From Pecten maximus (taxonomy: Eukaryota): a stretch of 64,000 bases of DNA. The notes beneath the pieces are model-generated. The model searched no databases, was not told the DNA's origin, and saw only the letters and a list, made by a program, of their open reading frames with translations. Positions 24,128 through 37,022 of this stretch are shown here, in pieces (position 1 is the first letter of the stretch; each line of letters opens with the position of its first letter). Made by a program: the position numbers and the translations under genes. Where the stretch lies: NCBI RefSeq assembly GCF_902652985.1, contig NC_047017.1, positions 41,850,001-41,914,000 of the forward strand, read 5' to 3'.

Positions 24128-26939
24128 TCATCTTTTTAATGACCCACATCCAGTCATCTTCTCAATGATCCAATCCGATATGAATTCGGGAAGAAAGTTA
24201 TAGACTTTAGCAAGAACCTGTAAAAATAATGACCATTGATTAAGGAGCCATTTTCACGTTTTCAACAGATTCAAGGGAATTATGACCCGCAGGTTGCTTC
24301 ACATGATCTGATATTAGCTTAAATATCTTACCGCCAGCTCGTCCACGACAGAGAAGGATCCCCCAATCACATAGCGGGCCTTTGGTGATACGTTAATGAG
24401 GGAGTCCTCTATAGCGTTAATGACTGGATCTGCTGACAACCTTCGATCATTAATTATCTCCAATTCCTGGTAGATAGCATCAAAGTATGGACGTCCATAG
24501 GTCTCTCTGACATCCTCAGATGCCTGTTCCCACATGCAGTCTATCTCCTTCTTATATCGTTTCATCTGGTCAAATTAAACATTTTACGATCAAAATGGCT
24601 CTAGGAAGATACACATTCACATTTGATAATATGTAAGAAATTATTACATAACTACATAACAATATGAATAATACCTGTCATAATGCATACCATTTGATTT
24701 ACTCTTTACAAAAACATACATTTTCGAAATAAATATTGAAGTGAGTTGAAAATAGACTTCTATGTGTTGTAGTATCAGTGATATCGTCACCTGTTCCGGG
24801 CCATTGATTGATGTGGCTTCTGTAAACTGTCCGGGTTCTATAACCGAGACGTTGACCCCAAACTTCTTCATTTCAAGTCTGAGAGAGTCACTCATTGTCT
24901 CCACCCCGTGTTTTGTTACAATGTACACCGAATTACAAGGCCATGAATATCGACCCTTTACACTTGACACGTTCACAATCCTCCCTTGAAGACAGAAAAT
25001 AAATACAAATTTAACATAAATAAAAGCCCATCCTCACTAATGAAATAAATGTGTTCATGGGTTCATAACATACCATGTGTATCATGGTATTTGAAAGAAG
25101 CAGCCTTTGAGCTTTAACCTTGACCGATGATCGGCAAAATCGTACATAATGTCATGCTGTGATGTAATGATGTGGATATGAACTAAGTTTGTCAATGGAT
25201 TCAAGAGATATCTTGTCTCTACTTCTTATTTCGAGCGTGATCAATCTGACATTTGATCCTGACCAATGCCCACCAAAATCTTATAAGTGTAGAGCTGCTA
25301 TAATTTGGTTTGCATATACAAACGTTTTTATTATACTTAAAAAGTATATAATTGTGTCCTAGTAGATGCACAACGTTATCAAAGGACTCAGTGATTACCA
25401 TATCAAATTTGTATTAAGTGCTGAAATAAATATTGTATAGTAGCATTTTCCTGATAAAAATGAAGGTTACATAAATGACCATAATTGAAATGTAAGTTTT
25501 TACTCCAAGCCATTCCTTTATAGCGATCACGGTTAGATGATCACTGACCAAAGTTTAAAGCATCCAGTAATTCTGATCCTTAGAAGATGTACCTTTTGAC
25601 TTCCGGATCATGGGAAGGAACGTCTTGATAACTCGGATCATGCCATACAGATTGACCTCAGCACATTTCCTGTATTGATCCACAGTCGCTAATTCGACTT
25701 CACCTGGGGAATTTATTGCAGCATTGTTCACAATGGCCCATAATCCTAAATGAGATATAAAAGCAAAATGAAGTAATCTCCTATACGCGAAAAAAAGCCA
25801 ACTAATATACAGATGGATTGCCTCTAGGGGAGATAATCGAGTATAAGAGTTTAAGCAGAGCAATTTCTAACAAAACATTTAGGGACCGGTGGCCAGTCTA
25901 AAACACAGAATAAGGTTAGAATAATGGATTATCTAATGTTAATGTCAATCAATGTTTATGTATGCCATACGTAGTGACATTATATTATACCTTGTCCTGT
26001 CGCATTAACGTACTCCAGAGCCTTTTGGACGTCATCGTCTTTAGTGACATCCAGCTTGATCACATGAAGCCGGTCCGACTGACGTGCCTGTAACACTTTG
26101 GCCCCCGGACTCTCCTTACTGAGGACTCCGGCATATACTGTATACCCCAAGTCGTGTAGTCGCTTTGCAAGTAAGTGACCAATTCCTAAACAAAGTTTAT
26201 CAACCGTCATTGTGCATCCATGTTTGAAATAATAGTTATTGTGGTGAAGCAAAGCTATATATACATCAAAATTTGGTGTTGGGCCTGCACAATCTATTTC
26301 TCTCAATGAAGAATTTCATAGTGGATTTTAGCGTAAGTGGAATATCACCGGGATATTTGTTATATCTATCCATTTTATCAAAGGACGTATTCAGTATTTC
26401 TATCTTCTTCTGCGACTTCACTTAAGTATACGATGTTGCCGTTGGCATTATTCATGTAACGATTCATTCGCGATTCCATCCATTAGACATGACTTGTAAG
26501 TCCTAGCATCTACATAGGTATCAATAAAAATACGTGGCGTTTCATCTACGATGTGTTGCATATATACACATATCACTAATCTGTCTCTCCTCTAAACATT
26601 TATTTTACAAAAAGACATGTCATTGTATAAAATCGTAAAATTTGAATTAAAATGAATAAAACCTATATTGGTATGTAGGTGCCAGAAAACAACTTTGTTA
26701 TTTCTGCTATTCGTAGTTGTAATCGAATTTGTTTATTGGTGGCATGCCTTACCTGTATCACAACCTGTGATGACCACGCCTTTTCGGCCGATGTCCAACT
26801 TCTTCCGGAAATTGTTTCTGGTCATTCTTAATGCAAAGTAAAACAGTGAGATGCCAAGCAAATATCTCCAGTGGATGTACATAGAATACACATTCAGTAA
26901 AATAAAACTTAAAACACACGTATTATCTAAGGACACCAT
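24128..26939 (-). CDS. SDR paralog D, intact, 350 aa
   Basis: Exons 26939-26753, 26185-25991, 25745-25593, 24984-24791, 24565-24332, 24217-24128 (1053 nt). Variant motifs TGCDTGIG, NNAA, YIVTK. Confidence 0.92.
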
Positions 26940-28499
26940 AGTGGAGTAAGGGACGCTCACACGTAAGTCTCCGACAACAGGTAACCTTCACAGAGGGTTT
27001 GTTTTTATCTTTTTAAACCTTGATCAATGTCCGACCTTTCATCGTCGTCAGCTATCTAGTTGTTTTCATTTCTGAATTAGTCTAGCTTGTCAATGTCAGG
27101 CTTTATGCATGTATAATCTCCATTTCTTATCTAAAAAAATGTGGATTTTAAATTGGGCATCATGAAAAAACATTGGACAGGTTTGGAAATACTTGTAAAA
27201 CGTTTATTGGTACTTATCAAAGTCAACGTTACATTTTGATAGAAACAGTAATCTTTTTTTGTGTTGTAAAAACTTGATTCGTAATAGATTGGCTTCACTT
27301 TCACATATTTAGTCTTCTCTGTACAAGATACTATGGGAAACTAAAGAACATTTTGTCGCTTCAACTTCATACATGTTGCGTTTGTCACTCACTAAAAAAA
27401 AAAATTAATCAATTGTAACATGAAAACATTTAGATTTAAATGACACAAACAGTAACATGTTGATATTTGCATTGTTGTTAGGCATTTCGCCACGATACAT
27501 GAAGTTTATAAACAATTTATATTCTTTTACTCATTTGAGAAGGTAGCTGTCATGCCACCATCCGGGAAAAGGAAGTCAAAAGTCCGTATGCACGGGCAGC
27601 GCGAGGGGGTTTTACAAGACACGTCAGAGCAGACAGAGGTCACTCGACGCCTCATCTTGATGTCGAGGACAAGGTACAGGATGAGGTCCAGAAGCCTGAG
27701 GCGTCCCAGGGTACCAATGTACAAGTGACTCATTCATTACCAGTCAGCCAGGCAGTCTCAGCTTCAGGTATGCCTTCCCAACTGATAAGTGTTGGGGACA
27801 CGGTGGGGGCCCACGTCCCAGAGGCAACAAGGGACAATATATGGGGGGTCAGCGTTCATAAACTTGGCTTTATTGCTCGAAACCTGTCAAGATTCCCTTA
27901 ATACCCAGATCATTATCCTAGTCGATGGTGCCCTTGTTTTCAAGCCAAAGGGTACAAAGCATCGAATTGACACAATTAAAGCATGGACAGACGCCTTTAT
28001 AATATTAGGTGCAATTTTTACTCTGAAACATGATAGGGGTCAGGAATTGCTAAAATTCATGTCTATTGTCAGGTTGGCAGCTAAATCCTTCAAGGGAATG
28101 GGTTGGAAAACCTGCGACGAGCAATTCCGTGTTCGTCAAGCTCGTCAGCCTGGTAGGTCATGGGCTGTAGTCGACGGGGAATTGTGGTTAACATGTTTGT
28201 CTACAGGCATGTCTAAGGCTCGTCACAAACTAGAAAAACTGTTGCTAGAGGTTGCTGTAATGAGTTCAACTTTAAAGGGTCATGCGAAAGGGCAGGTTGC
28301 AGATATGCTCGGAAATGCTTACAATGCGGAGGGTCGCATTCCAAGATATCTTGCTTTCGGGGGCAAAGCCAGGGTCTACGAGGTCAAGTTGGCTCATATT
28401 ATCATAGAATGCCTTCACCACATAACGGGGTAAAGCAAAGTCAGAACGTCAATTCTGGTCAGACCAATTTTCGTCCCCAAACCGCACCCTTCAGTAGGT

Positions 28500-30050
28500 A
28501 CCATTACAATAAAGATATGGGATCTAGGAAAAACTCCGATCAACAAACCAGTGCTCAATAGCTATTTAGACATATATCCGAACAAAGTTGTGGCTGGGGC
28601 CTTGAAGGAAGGTTTTGATAGTGGTTTCAAGCTTCATTACTATGGTCCAAGATACCCAAGAGAGTAAAAAAATGTGTGTTCAGCTGTACAAAGTCATGAT
28701 TTTCTGGTTACAAAATTACAGCACGAGGTGGAAGCTGGTAGGATGATGGGCCCCTTTAAAAAGCAAACCAATTTAAAATCTTAGGGTTTCACCAGTAGGT
28801 TTAGTTCAAAAGAAAACTGGGTGTTGGAGGCTAATTCAAAACTTGTCATATCCTAATTTGGACACGTAAATGGTTTCATCGATGAGTCCACTACCTCAGT
28901 GCATTACACTTCATTCGATCAGGCAATGATAATGGTTCAAGAGCTCGGTAAAGGGGCCTTGTTAGGAAAAAAAGATATCAAATCAGCGTTTTGTTTGCTC
29001 CAATTTCACCGGGAGATTTTGATTTATTAGGAATAAAAGTAGGTGAAGATTATTATGTTGACAAGTGCTTACCCATGGGCTGTAGTATTTCATGTGCTGA
29101 TTTTGAAAAGTTTTCAACTGTTTTAGAGTGGTTAGTGCGTAGCGAGTGTAACAGCAATTTCATCGAAAGTATTTAGATGATTTTCTATTTGTGGGCAAGT
29201 CAGATGATAGTGCTTTTAAACGAGCCATGCACAGTTTTGATAATATTTGTCACAAATTAGGTGTACCTGTTGCGGATGAGAAACCGAAGGCCCAGTCACT
29301 TGTTTAGTGTTCCTAGGTTTAGAAATAGACACAGTTGAGCAAGTCGTTAGTGTAACAAGAGACAAGGTTCAGGAGTTGTCATTGATATTAAAAGACTTGG
29401 TTCAAAAATCGAAGATCCAATTAAAAGACCTACAAAGTTTGTTAGGAAAATTAGCTTTTTGTGTCAAAGCTATGCTAGACGCGAGAGCATTTTCTAGGAG
29501 ATTGTATGTGCTGCTAGCTGGAGCTTCAAGGCCACACCACTTTATTCGTTTGACAAAAGAAAGCAAAGAGGACATTGGGGTTTGGCTAGAGTTCTTTCAG
29601 ACTTTTAATGGTACATTTCATTTCTTTGATCAGGACTGGATCTCTAGCACCGAATTAGAGTCGTTCACTGATAGTGCAGGTAACATTGAATTAGGTTGTG
29701 GCGCTATTTTTGGAAAGCATTGGTTTGTGTTCAAGTGGCCAAGTACTTGGCATGGTTTGCCAGTCCTCAGAGACATTACATTTTTGGAGTTGATTCGAAT
29801 AGTTATAGCATTCTATACATGACAGAGGGAGTTCTGTAATAAAGAGATCTTGCTGTATAGTGATAATCAGGCATTAGTGGAGATATTCTATAGTTCAACC
29901 TCGCGTTCAGATAATGTTATGTCCCTCATTCGTCCTTTGGCTTTGCATTATATGAAAATTAATATCCAGATCAAAGCTAGACATGTAAGAGGCACAGACA
30001 ACTCAATTGCAAATGCTTTATCATGTTTTCAGTGGTCCAGATTAAGATAA
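28500..30050 (+). pseudogene. Ngaro reverse transcriptase-RNase H, frameshifted
   Basis: Motifs as listed for the element, spread over ORFs 28991-29176, 29307-29822 and 29850-30050 with stops and frameshifts between them. Confidence 0.88.
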
Positions 30051-30114
30051 TTGACTTCAGAGACCGATCAACAGCCTGCAGTTATCCCCCAAGCATTTTT
30101 GAGGAGTTTCGGAG

Positions 30115-30340
30115 CAAGTTTGATGAATTAATCTCTGCATCTATTTCTTAAGATACAGCCCAAGCCTATCAAACAGGATTGAATATATTTAAAGCTTTTG
30201 TAATAGAGTGACCTTTGAAGGATGTGGCCCCCTCCTTTGAGTCAGATTATCAGATTAAACAAGGGATTATCAGAAGGGGAAATTCAGTTGTTGGGGCGTT
30301 GGAGTTCAGACTCGTTTAAACGTTACATTAGAATACCAGA
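30115..30340 (+). pseudogene. Tyrosine recombinase remnant with large internal deletion
   Basis: N-terminal LISASIS*DTAQAYQTGLNIFKAF..WPPP lies directly next to C-terminal GLSEGEIQLLGRWSSDSFKRYIRIP; only about 75 codons remain. Confidence 0.8.
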
Positions 30341-30559
30341 AAAATGTATGTTTGAAATTGAGTTTTAGTCGACCAATATTAGCCTGGAGCACTGGTTTCT
30401 CCTTGCTCCCCATCGCAATGCATGTTCACACTTCAACGTGTTCATTAGATCTTGTCCTTGGGTATTGTTTTCTCCTTGTTCTCATTATTATCAGCTTGTT
30501 ACCATTTACTCCAATACATGGGCTTAACTCATCCTTAAGTTTTCAGGGAATCACAGACG

Positions 30560-31080
30560 CTCCGTATATATAGTTGGCTCGTCTATTATTAGGCTAGGAT
30601 TGCAACGGAGGAATTGTAGCTTATGGCGGCGGGGACAAAGTGGGATGAAATGGGACTCGGTGCTTTCACAAGTGCAGGATATGGTAAATGCAGTGACCCA
30701 GCCATGTTAATTTTACATTGTGGAGCAAATGATCTGATAGAGGTTGGGGCACTCAATTTAAGAGAGCATATCTGTATGGAAATGAGGTATTTGGCAAGGA
30801 TACTTCCTTGTACTATACTGGTGTGGTCGCGGATGCTACCACGTTTAAGTTGGAGAGGTTCGGAGAATGTATCTGCTGCCAATCGTTCCCGCATCAGTGT
30901 TGATAGGGAGGTTGCTAAGCAGGTCCTTGAATGGGGGGCTGGGTGGGTGTGGCTACATTTAATACCCAGATATCCAGGGGAATAGGGTTGGTTTATTCGG
31001 AGAAGACAATGTGCACCTCAGCTCTGTAGGTAATGATATACTTCTTAATTGCATGCAGGGTACGATTGATTGTTTCCTAT
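30560..31080 (+). pseudogene. SGNH/GDSL hydrolase-like domain of the Ngaro element, frameshifted
   Basis: SVYIVGSSII (block I), ILHCGANDL (block III), VWSRMLPR, DNVHLSSVGNDILL (block V DxxH). Confidence 0.78.
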
Positions 31081-32229
31081 TTTGGAGCGACAGGATATTC
31101 CCTCAATAATTACGTTGGAGTCCTGTTTCAGAGTTCTTATGTTGGTTGACCACGGTGTTGTTAACTGCGTTCCCCACTACGTCTCCCTTACTTGTGGTGG
31201 TGGCCCATGTAAATAGTTTATTTCCTTGGGCCATGTCGCAGGACTTCGCTAACATCGGTGCAGTGAATAAGTATATATTATATTTCATTCACATATAAGT
31301 TTAAATAAATTGGCATCATATGGGATGATCATTGGATACTCAATGGTCACCAAACGCCTTTCTTGTGTAGGCCGTTATTGACGCCCTTTCTTGCCTAGGC
31401 CGTTATTGACGCCTCTTGAATTGTGGGCCGTAATTTACGCCCTTTTAAATTGGCAAAGGAATGAACACCGTGGCCATTACTATCAGTATTGTGTTTGTTG
31501 TTTTGTTTAATAATGATCTCGATAGTCAGTTGGACACCTAACATTGAAATATGGTCGAGAAAACAACACAACTGACGGGGATATGATCAAATAATGAATT
31601 AATTTAAAAACATAACGATTTCTGTTTTGTTTATTTATAAATGCAACAATAACCCATATACGTCATCAATAGAATAAAAGGTGACAACATCTCTCCAATG
31701 TCGCCAGACTCTGTCATTTTCGAAATTCAGGAGACTCTGAATATCCCGTACTCGCGGTATTTTGTCGGGGAACTAGTGAACATGTCGATATATAGGTAAA
31801 AAGATGTCAGGAAAATAAATTCGCCTTCATACGACGATTTAGAAGAATATAGAGAATTATAACACTTTACAAAACGAAATATCGTATTATATTCGTGAAT
31901 GAGCAAATGTCCTTGTTAAGGTTATACACATTTTGTAACAAAACTTATTGATATCAATGTCGAAAGAATTGGATCAGATGTATGCCCAATCATAGAACGT
32001 TTGCCTAGACCTAGAAAGTGTCAGAGGTATTCACGCACTGGAAAAAACATATCTTACGGATGATGTTCGCTTAAGTTTCTGTCATTCTGTTTAAAAGGAG
32101 ATGATATAACATTTAACTAAGAGACGAAACAATTCGACATCTTGTCATCATCAGTTACATTATCAAGCTGAGTTATTAAAAGTTAGTCTTTATTGGCCAA
32201 TGAAGGTTTTCAGCAATATTCCTTAGGCA

Positions 32230-34870
32230 TTAGCGGGTAAAAGATCCACATCCAGTCAGCTTCTCAATGATCCAATCCGATATAAATTCGGGAAGAAAGT
32301 TATAGACTTTAGCAAGAACCTGTAAAAGCAGCAACAAGATAATTAGGAGCTATCTTTACGTATCGATTCAAAGAAATCATGATCTTCGCGTTGCTTGACA
32401 TATGATATTGACTTAGATATCTTACCGCCAGCTCGTCCACAACAGAGAAGGATCCTCCGATCACATAGCGGGCCTTTGGTGATACGTTAATGAGGGAGTC
32501 ATCTATAGCGTTAATAACTGGATCTGCTGACATGGTCCGAGCCACTTTCAATCCACTCTTCTCCATTCCCTGGTAGATAGCATCAAAGTATGGACGACCG
32601 TAGGTCTGTCTGACGTCATCAGATGCTTGTTCCCACATGTAGTTTATCTCCTTCTTAAATCGTTTCATCTGGTCAAAAAATAGTTTACGATCAAAATAGC
32701 TCTAGGAAGATTCACATTCACATTTGTTAATGTGTAAAGAATTATTATATAACTATATAACAATATAAATAATAGCTGTTATAATGCAAAAACATACATT
32801 TTCGAATAAATACAGATTATGATATTGACGTGGGTTGAAAATAGACTTCTATACGTTAAAGTATCTGTGATATCGTCACCTGTTCCGGGCCATTGATTGA
32901 TGTGGCTTCTGTAAACTGTCCGGGTTCTATAACCGATACGTTGACCCCAAACTTCTTCATTTCCAGTCTGAGGGAGTCACTCATTGTTTCCATCCCGTGT
33001 TTTGTTACAATGTACACCGAATCACAAGGCCATGAATATCGACCCTTTACACTTGACACGTTCACAATCCTCCCTGGAAGGTAGAAAACAAATACAAATT
33101 TCATATAAATATAAGCACATCCTCACTAATAAAATAAATATATTCAGGGGTTCATAACATACCATGTGTATCATGGTATTTGAAAGAAGCAGCCTTTGAC
33201 CTTCAATCTTGACCGATGATCAGCAAAGTCGTAGTAGGTGTAGAATGTCATGCTGTGATGTAATGATGTGAATATGAACTATGTATTCAAGAGATATCTT
33301 GTCTCTACTTCTTATTTCGAGCGTGATTAATCTGGCATTTAATCCTGACCAATGTCCCCCAAAATCTTATACGTGTAGAGTTGATTACCATATAAACCTT
33401 TTATTAAGTGCTGAGAATAAATATCATATAGTAGCATTTTCCTGATAAAAATGAAGGTTACATAAATGACCATAATTGAAATGTAAGTTTTTACTCTAAG
33501 CCATTCCTTTATAGCGATCACGGTTAGATGATCACTGACCAAAGTTTAAAGCATCCAGTAATTCTGATCCTTGGAAGATGTACCTTTTGACTTCCGGATC
33601 ATGGGAAGGAACGTCTTGATAACTCGGATCATGCCATACAGATTGACCTCAGCACATTTCTTGTATTGATCCACAGTCGCTAACTCGACATCACCAGGAA
33701 AATTGATTCCAGCATTGTTCACAATGGCCCATAATCCTAAATGAAATATAAAAGCAAAATGAAGTAATCACTTATACGCGAAAAAAGACAACTAATATAC
33801 AGATGGGACTTGCCTCTAAGGGGAGATAATCGAGTATTTAGAATTAGAGCAGAGCAATTTCGAACAAAACATTTAGGGACCGTTGGCCAGTCTAAAACAC
33901 AGAATGAGGTTAGAATAATGGATTATCTAATGTTAATGTCAATCAATCTTTATGTATGCCATACGTAGAGACATTATATTATACCTTGTCCTGTCGCATT
34001 AACATACTCCAGAGCCTTTTGAACGTCATCGTCTTTAGTGACATCCAGCTTGATCACATGAAGCCGGTCCGACTGACGTGCCTGTAACACTTTGGCCCCC
34101 GGACTCTCCTTACTGAGGACTCCGGCATATACTGTATACCCCAAGTCGTATAGTCGCTTGGCGAGTAAGTGACCGAAACCTTAACAAAGTTTATCAACCG
34201 TCATTGTGAATCCATGTTTAAAATAATAGCTATTGTGGTGAAGCAAAGCCATATATACATCAAAATTGGTGGTTAGACCTACGTAATCTATTTCTCTAAA
34301 CGAAGAATTTGTCAGTGGATTTCAACATAAGTGGAATATCACCGGGATATTTGTTATATCTATCCATTTTATCAAAGGACGTATTCAGTATTTCTATATT
34401 CTTCTGTGACTTCACTTAAGTATACCATGTTGCCGTTGGCATTATTCCTGTAACGATTCGTTCGCGATTCCATCCATTTGACATGACTTGTAACTCCTAG
34501 CATCTACTTAGGTGTCACTAAAAGTAATTGGCGTTTCATCTACGATGCGTTGTATATATACACATATCACTTATCTGTCTCTTCTCTAAACATTTATTTT
34601 ACAAAAAGACATGTCATTGTATAAAATCGTGTTTGTGCTATTCGTGGTTGTAACGGAATTTGTTTATTGGTGACATGCCTTACCTGCATCACAACCTGTG
34701 ATGACCACGCCTTTTCGGCCGATGTCCAACTTCTTCCGGAAATTGTTTCTGGTTATTCTTAATGCAAAGTAAACCAGTGAGATGCCAAGCAAATATCTCC
34801 AGTGGATGTACACAGAATACACATTCAGTAAAATAAAACTTAAAACACACGTGTTCTCTAACGACACCAT
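32230..34870 (-). CDS. SDR paralog E, intact, 353 aa
   Basis: Exons 34870-34684, 34179-33985, 33736-33584, 33073-32880, 32668-32426, 32319-32230. Motifs TGCDAGFG, NNAG, YIVTK. Confidence 0.92.
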
Positions 34871-35013
34871 AGTGAGGTAAGGTGCGCTGATAAGTAAGTT
34901 TCCGACAACAGGTAACCTTCACAGAGGGTTTGTTGTTATCTGTTTAGACCTAGATCAATGTCCGACCTTTCCTTGTCGTCAGCTATCTAGTTGTTTTCAT
35001 TTCTGAATTAGTC

Positions 35014-35752
35014 TAGCTTGTCAAAATCAAGTTTAAAGGATGTATAATCTCCATTTCTTATCTACAAAATGTGGATTTTGAATTTGGCATCATGAAAAAA
35101 CATTGGACAGGTTTGGAAATACTTGTAAAACGTTTATTGGTACTTATCAAAGTCAACGTTACATTTTGATAGAAACAGTAATCTTTTTTTGTGTTGTAAA
35201 AACTTGATTCGTAATAGATTGGCTTCACTTTCACATATTTAGTCTTCTCTGTACAAGATACTATGGGAAACTAAAGAACATTTTGTCGCTTCAACTTCAT
35301 ACATGTTGCGTTTGTCACTCACTAAAAAAAATTAATCAATTGTAACATGAAAACATTTAGATTTAAATGACACAAACAGTAACATGTTGATATTTGCATT
35401 GTTGTTAGGCATTTCGCCACGATACATGAAGTTTATAAACAATTTATATAGCTTGTCAAAATCAGGTTTAAAGGATGTATAATCTCCATTTCTTATCTAC
35501 AAAATGTGGATTTTGAATTTGGCATCATGAAAAAACATTGGACAGGTTTGGAAATACTTGTAAAAGTTTTATTGTTTATCAAAGTCAACGTTACATTTTG
35601 ATAGAAACACAAATCTTTTTTTAAGTTGTAAAAACTTTATCCGTACTATATTGGCTTTACTTTCACATATTTAGTCTTCTCTGTACGAGATACTACGAGA
35701 AACTAAAACAATATTTTGTCGCTTAAACTGCATATATGTTACGTTTGTCACT
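35014..35752. repeat. Tandem duplication upstream of SDR E (period 435 bp; about 300 bp shared between copies)
   Basis: TAGCTTGTCAAAATCA starts at both 35014 and 35449; the copies are collinear to ...TTTGTCACT. Confidence 0.9.
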
Positions 35753-37022
35753 ATCGGTGATAATCAAAACAATTAGAAATTAACGTGTCATCTTTCCTCA
35801 TATTCCACTTAATTATTTAAGGCCAATTTATATCTTCCATACTTTTCCATTTCTGTACTGGACAACAATCTGTATGGCTAGAGTGTTACGCAAGTTCTAT
35901 CTTGTACACTTTCCTAGATTAGATTGATGACAAGATCAAAGGGAAAGTTATTTTCCTACTGAACTTGTCTTCCAGCCGTTGCTTATCCCTCTAACAGTAG
36001 AATGTTATGATGCCTGCAGTCAAACCTACCACTCTGTCACACAGCTAGCGGGGGATGATGCCTGTTGGGTTAAACGTTCTGACGTTGTAAACTGAGGTAC
36101 GTTGTTTTTGTTACCCTGGCGGCTATGTAATGGCAGCTACAGAGCGCTTGTGTTGATTGTTGAACTTGTAAACGGCATTAAATAAAGGTTCATTCTCATT
36201 TTGTTTCGATGTGTAAGCGCGGAACTATTGTAGATTTTATAGTGTTTCCTCACAAGCACACTGCCGAAGACCAAGCAGGATATCATACCCAGTCACATTA
36301 TGCTGATAACGGAAGAACCAGTCGCCGCTTTCCAGAAATGTTCAGTTTTACAGGCTTTGGTATGTCTCGGTCCAGGAACAGAACATTCTTCCTCACAAGG
36401 GCGAACGCTCCACTATGCGCATCAAACGATCTTTAATGCGGTCAGTTGAGACAAGCAATATTGATGACAATATGGAAAAAATAGACCGTATAAATATAGC
36501 TTATTGGTGAATCTGCAACTTATGGGTCACTGGATCATAGATTTGGGTTAACACACAAGTATGAACGCTGTTCTTTTTTTTTAATTTTTTATTTCTGCTT
36601 CATTCCTGCGTTAGTTTTATCGATTCTAAAATGTACGAACATTTCACTCTGTCTGTCGATTATGATATAACAAGGTCCGCGCGAACATTTGTGGATCGAT
36701 TTTGTTAGATCTATATAGAGTTTCTACAAATTAAATATCCAATATTTTTGCTGTGACAAGTTGACGTATACGATTTCCCCTAGAAAATATATGCCTTTGT
36801 AGACCTAGAAAGTGTCAGAGGTATTCACACACAAGAAAAACATATCTTGCGGATGATGTTCGAGTAATTTGCTGTCATTCTGATTAAAATGAGATGATTT
36901 AACAGTTAAATAAGAGATGAAACAATTCGAAATCTTGTTATGATCAGTTACATTATCAAGCTGAGTTATTACATTTAAGTCTTTATTTGCCAATGAAGGT
37001 TTTCAGCAATATTCCTTAGGCA

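Larger units (their letters stand above)
27522..31480 (+). mobile_element. Degenerate Ngaro-type (DIRS order) retrotransposon: gag, RT/RNase H, internally deleted tyrosine recombinase, SGNH hydrolase
   Basis: Homology to the SDR E upstream region stops at 27521. Gag-like W..CDEQFR in ORF 27789-28433. RT with GRMMGPF, DKCLPMGCSISC and YLDDFLF (29170). RNase H FTDSAG..ITFLEL..SDNQALV..HVRGTDNSIANALS. YR C-terminus GRWSSDSFKRYIR. SGNH blocks GSS, GAND, DNVH. Three short 3' repeats at 31350-31445; right end approximate. Confidence 0.88.

Noticed and set aside
36003-36200. Possible solo LTR (TG start, AATAAA)
   Set aside because: No target-site duplication or second copy could be identified.
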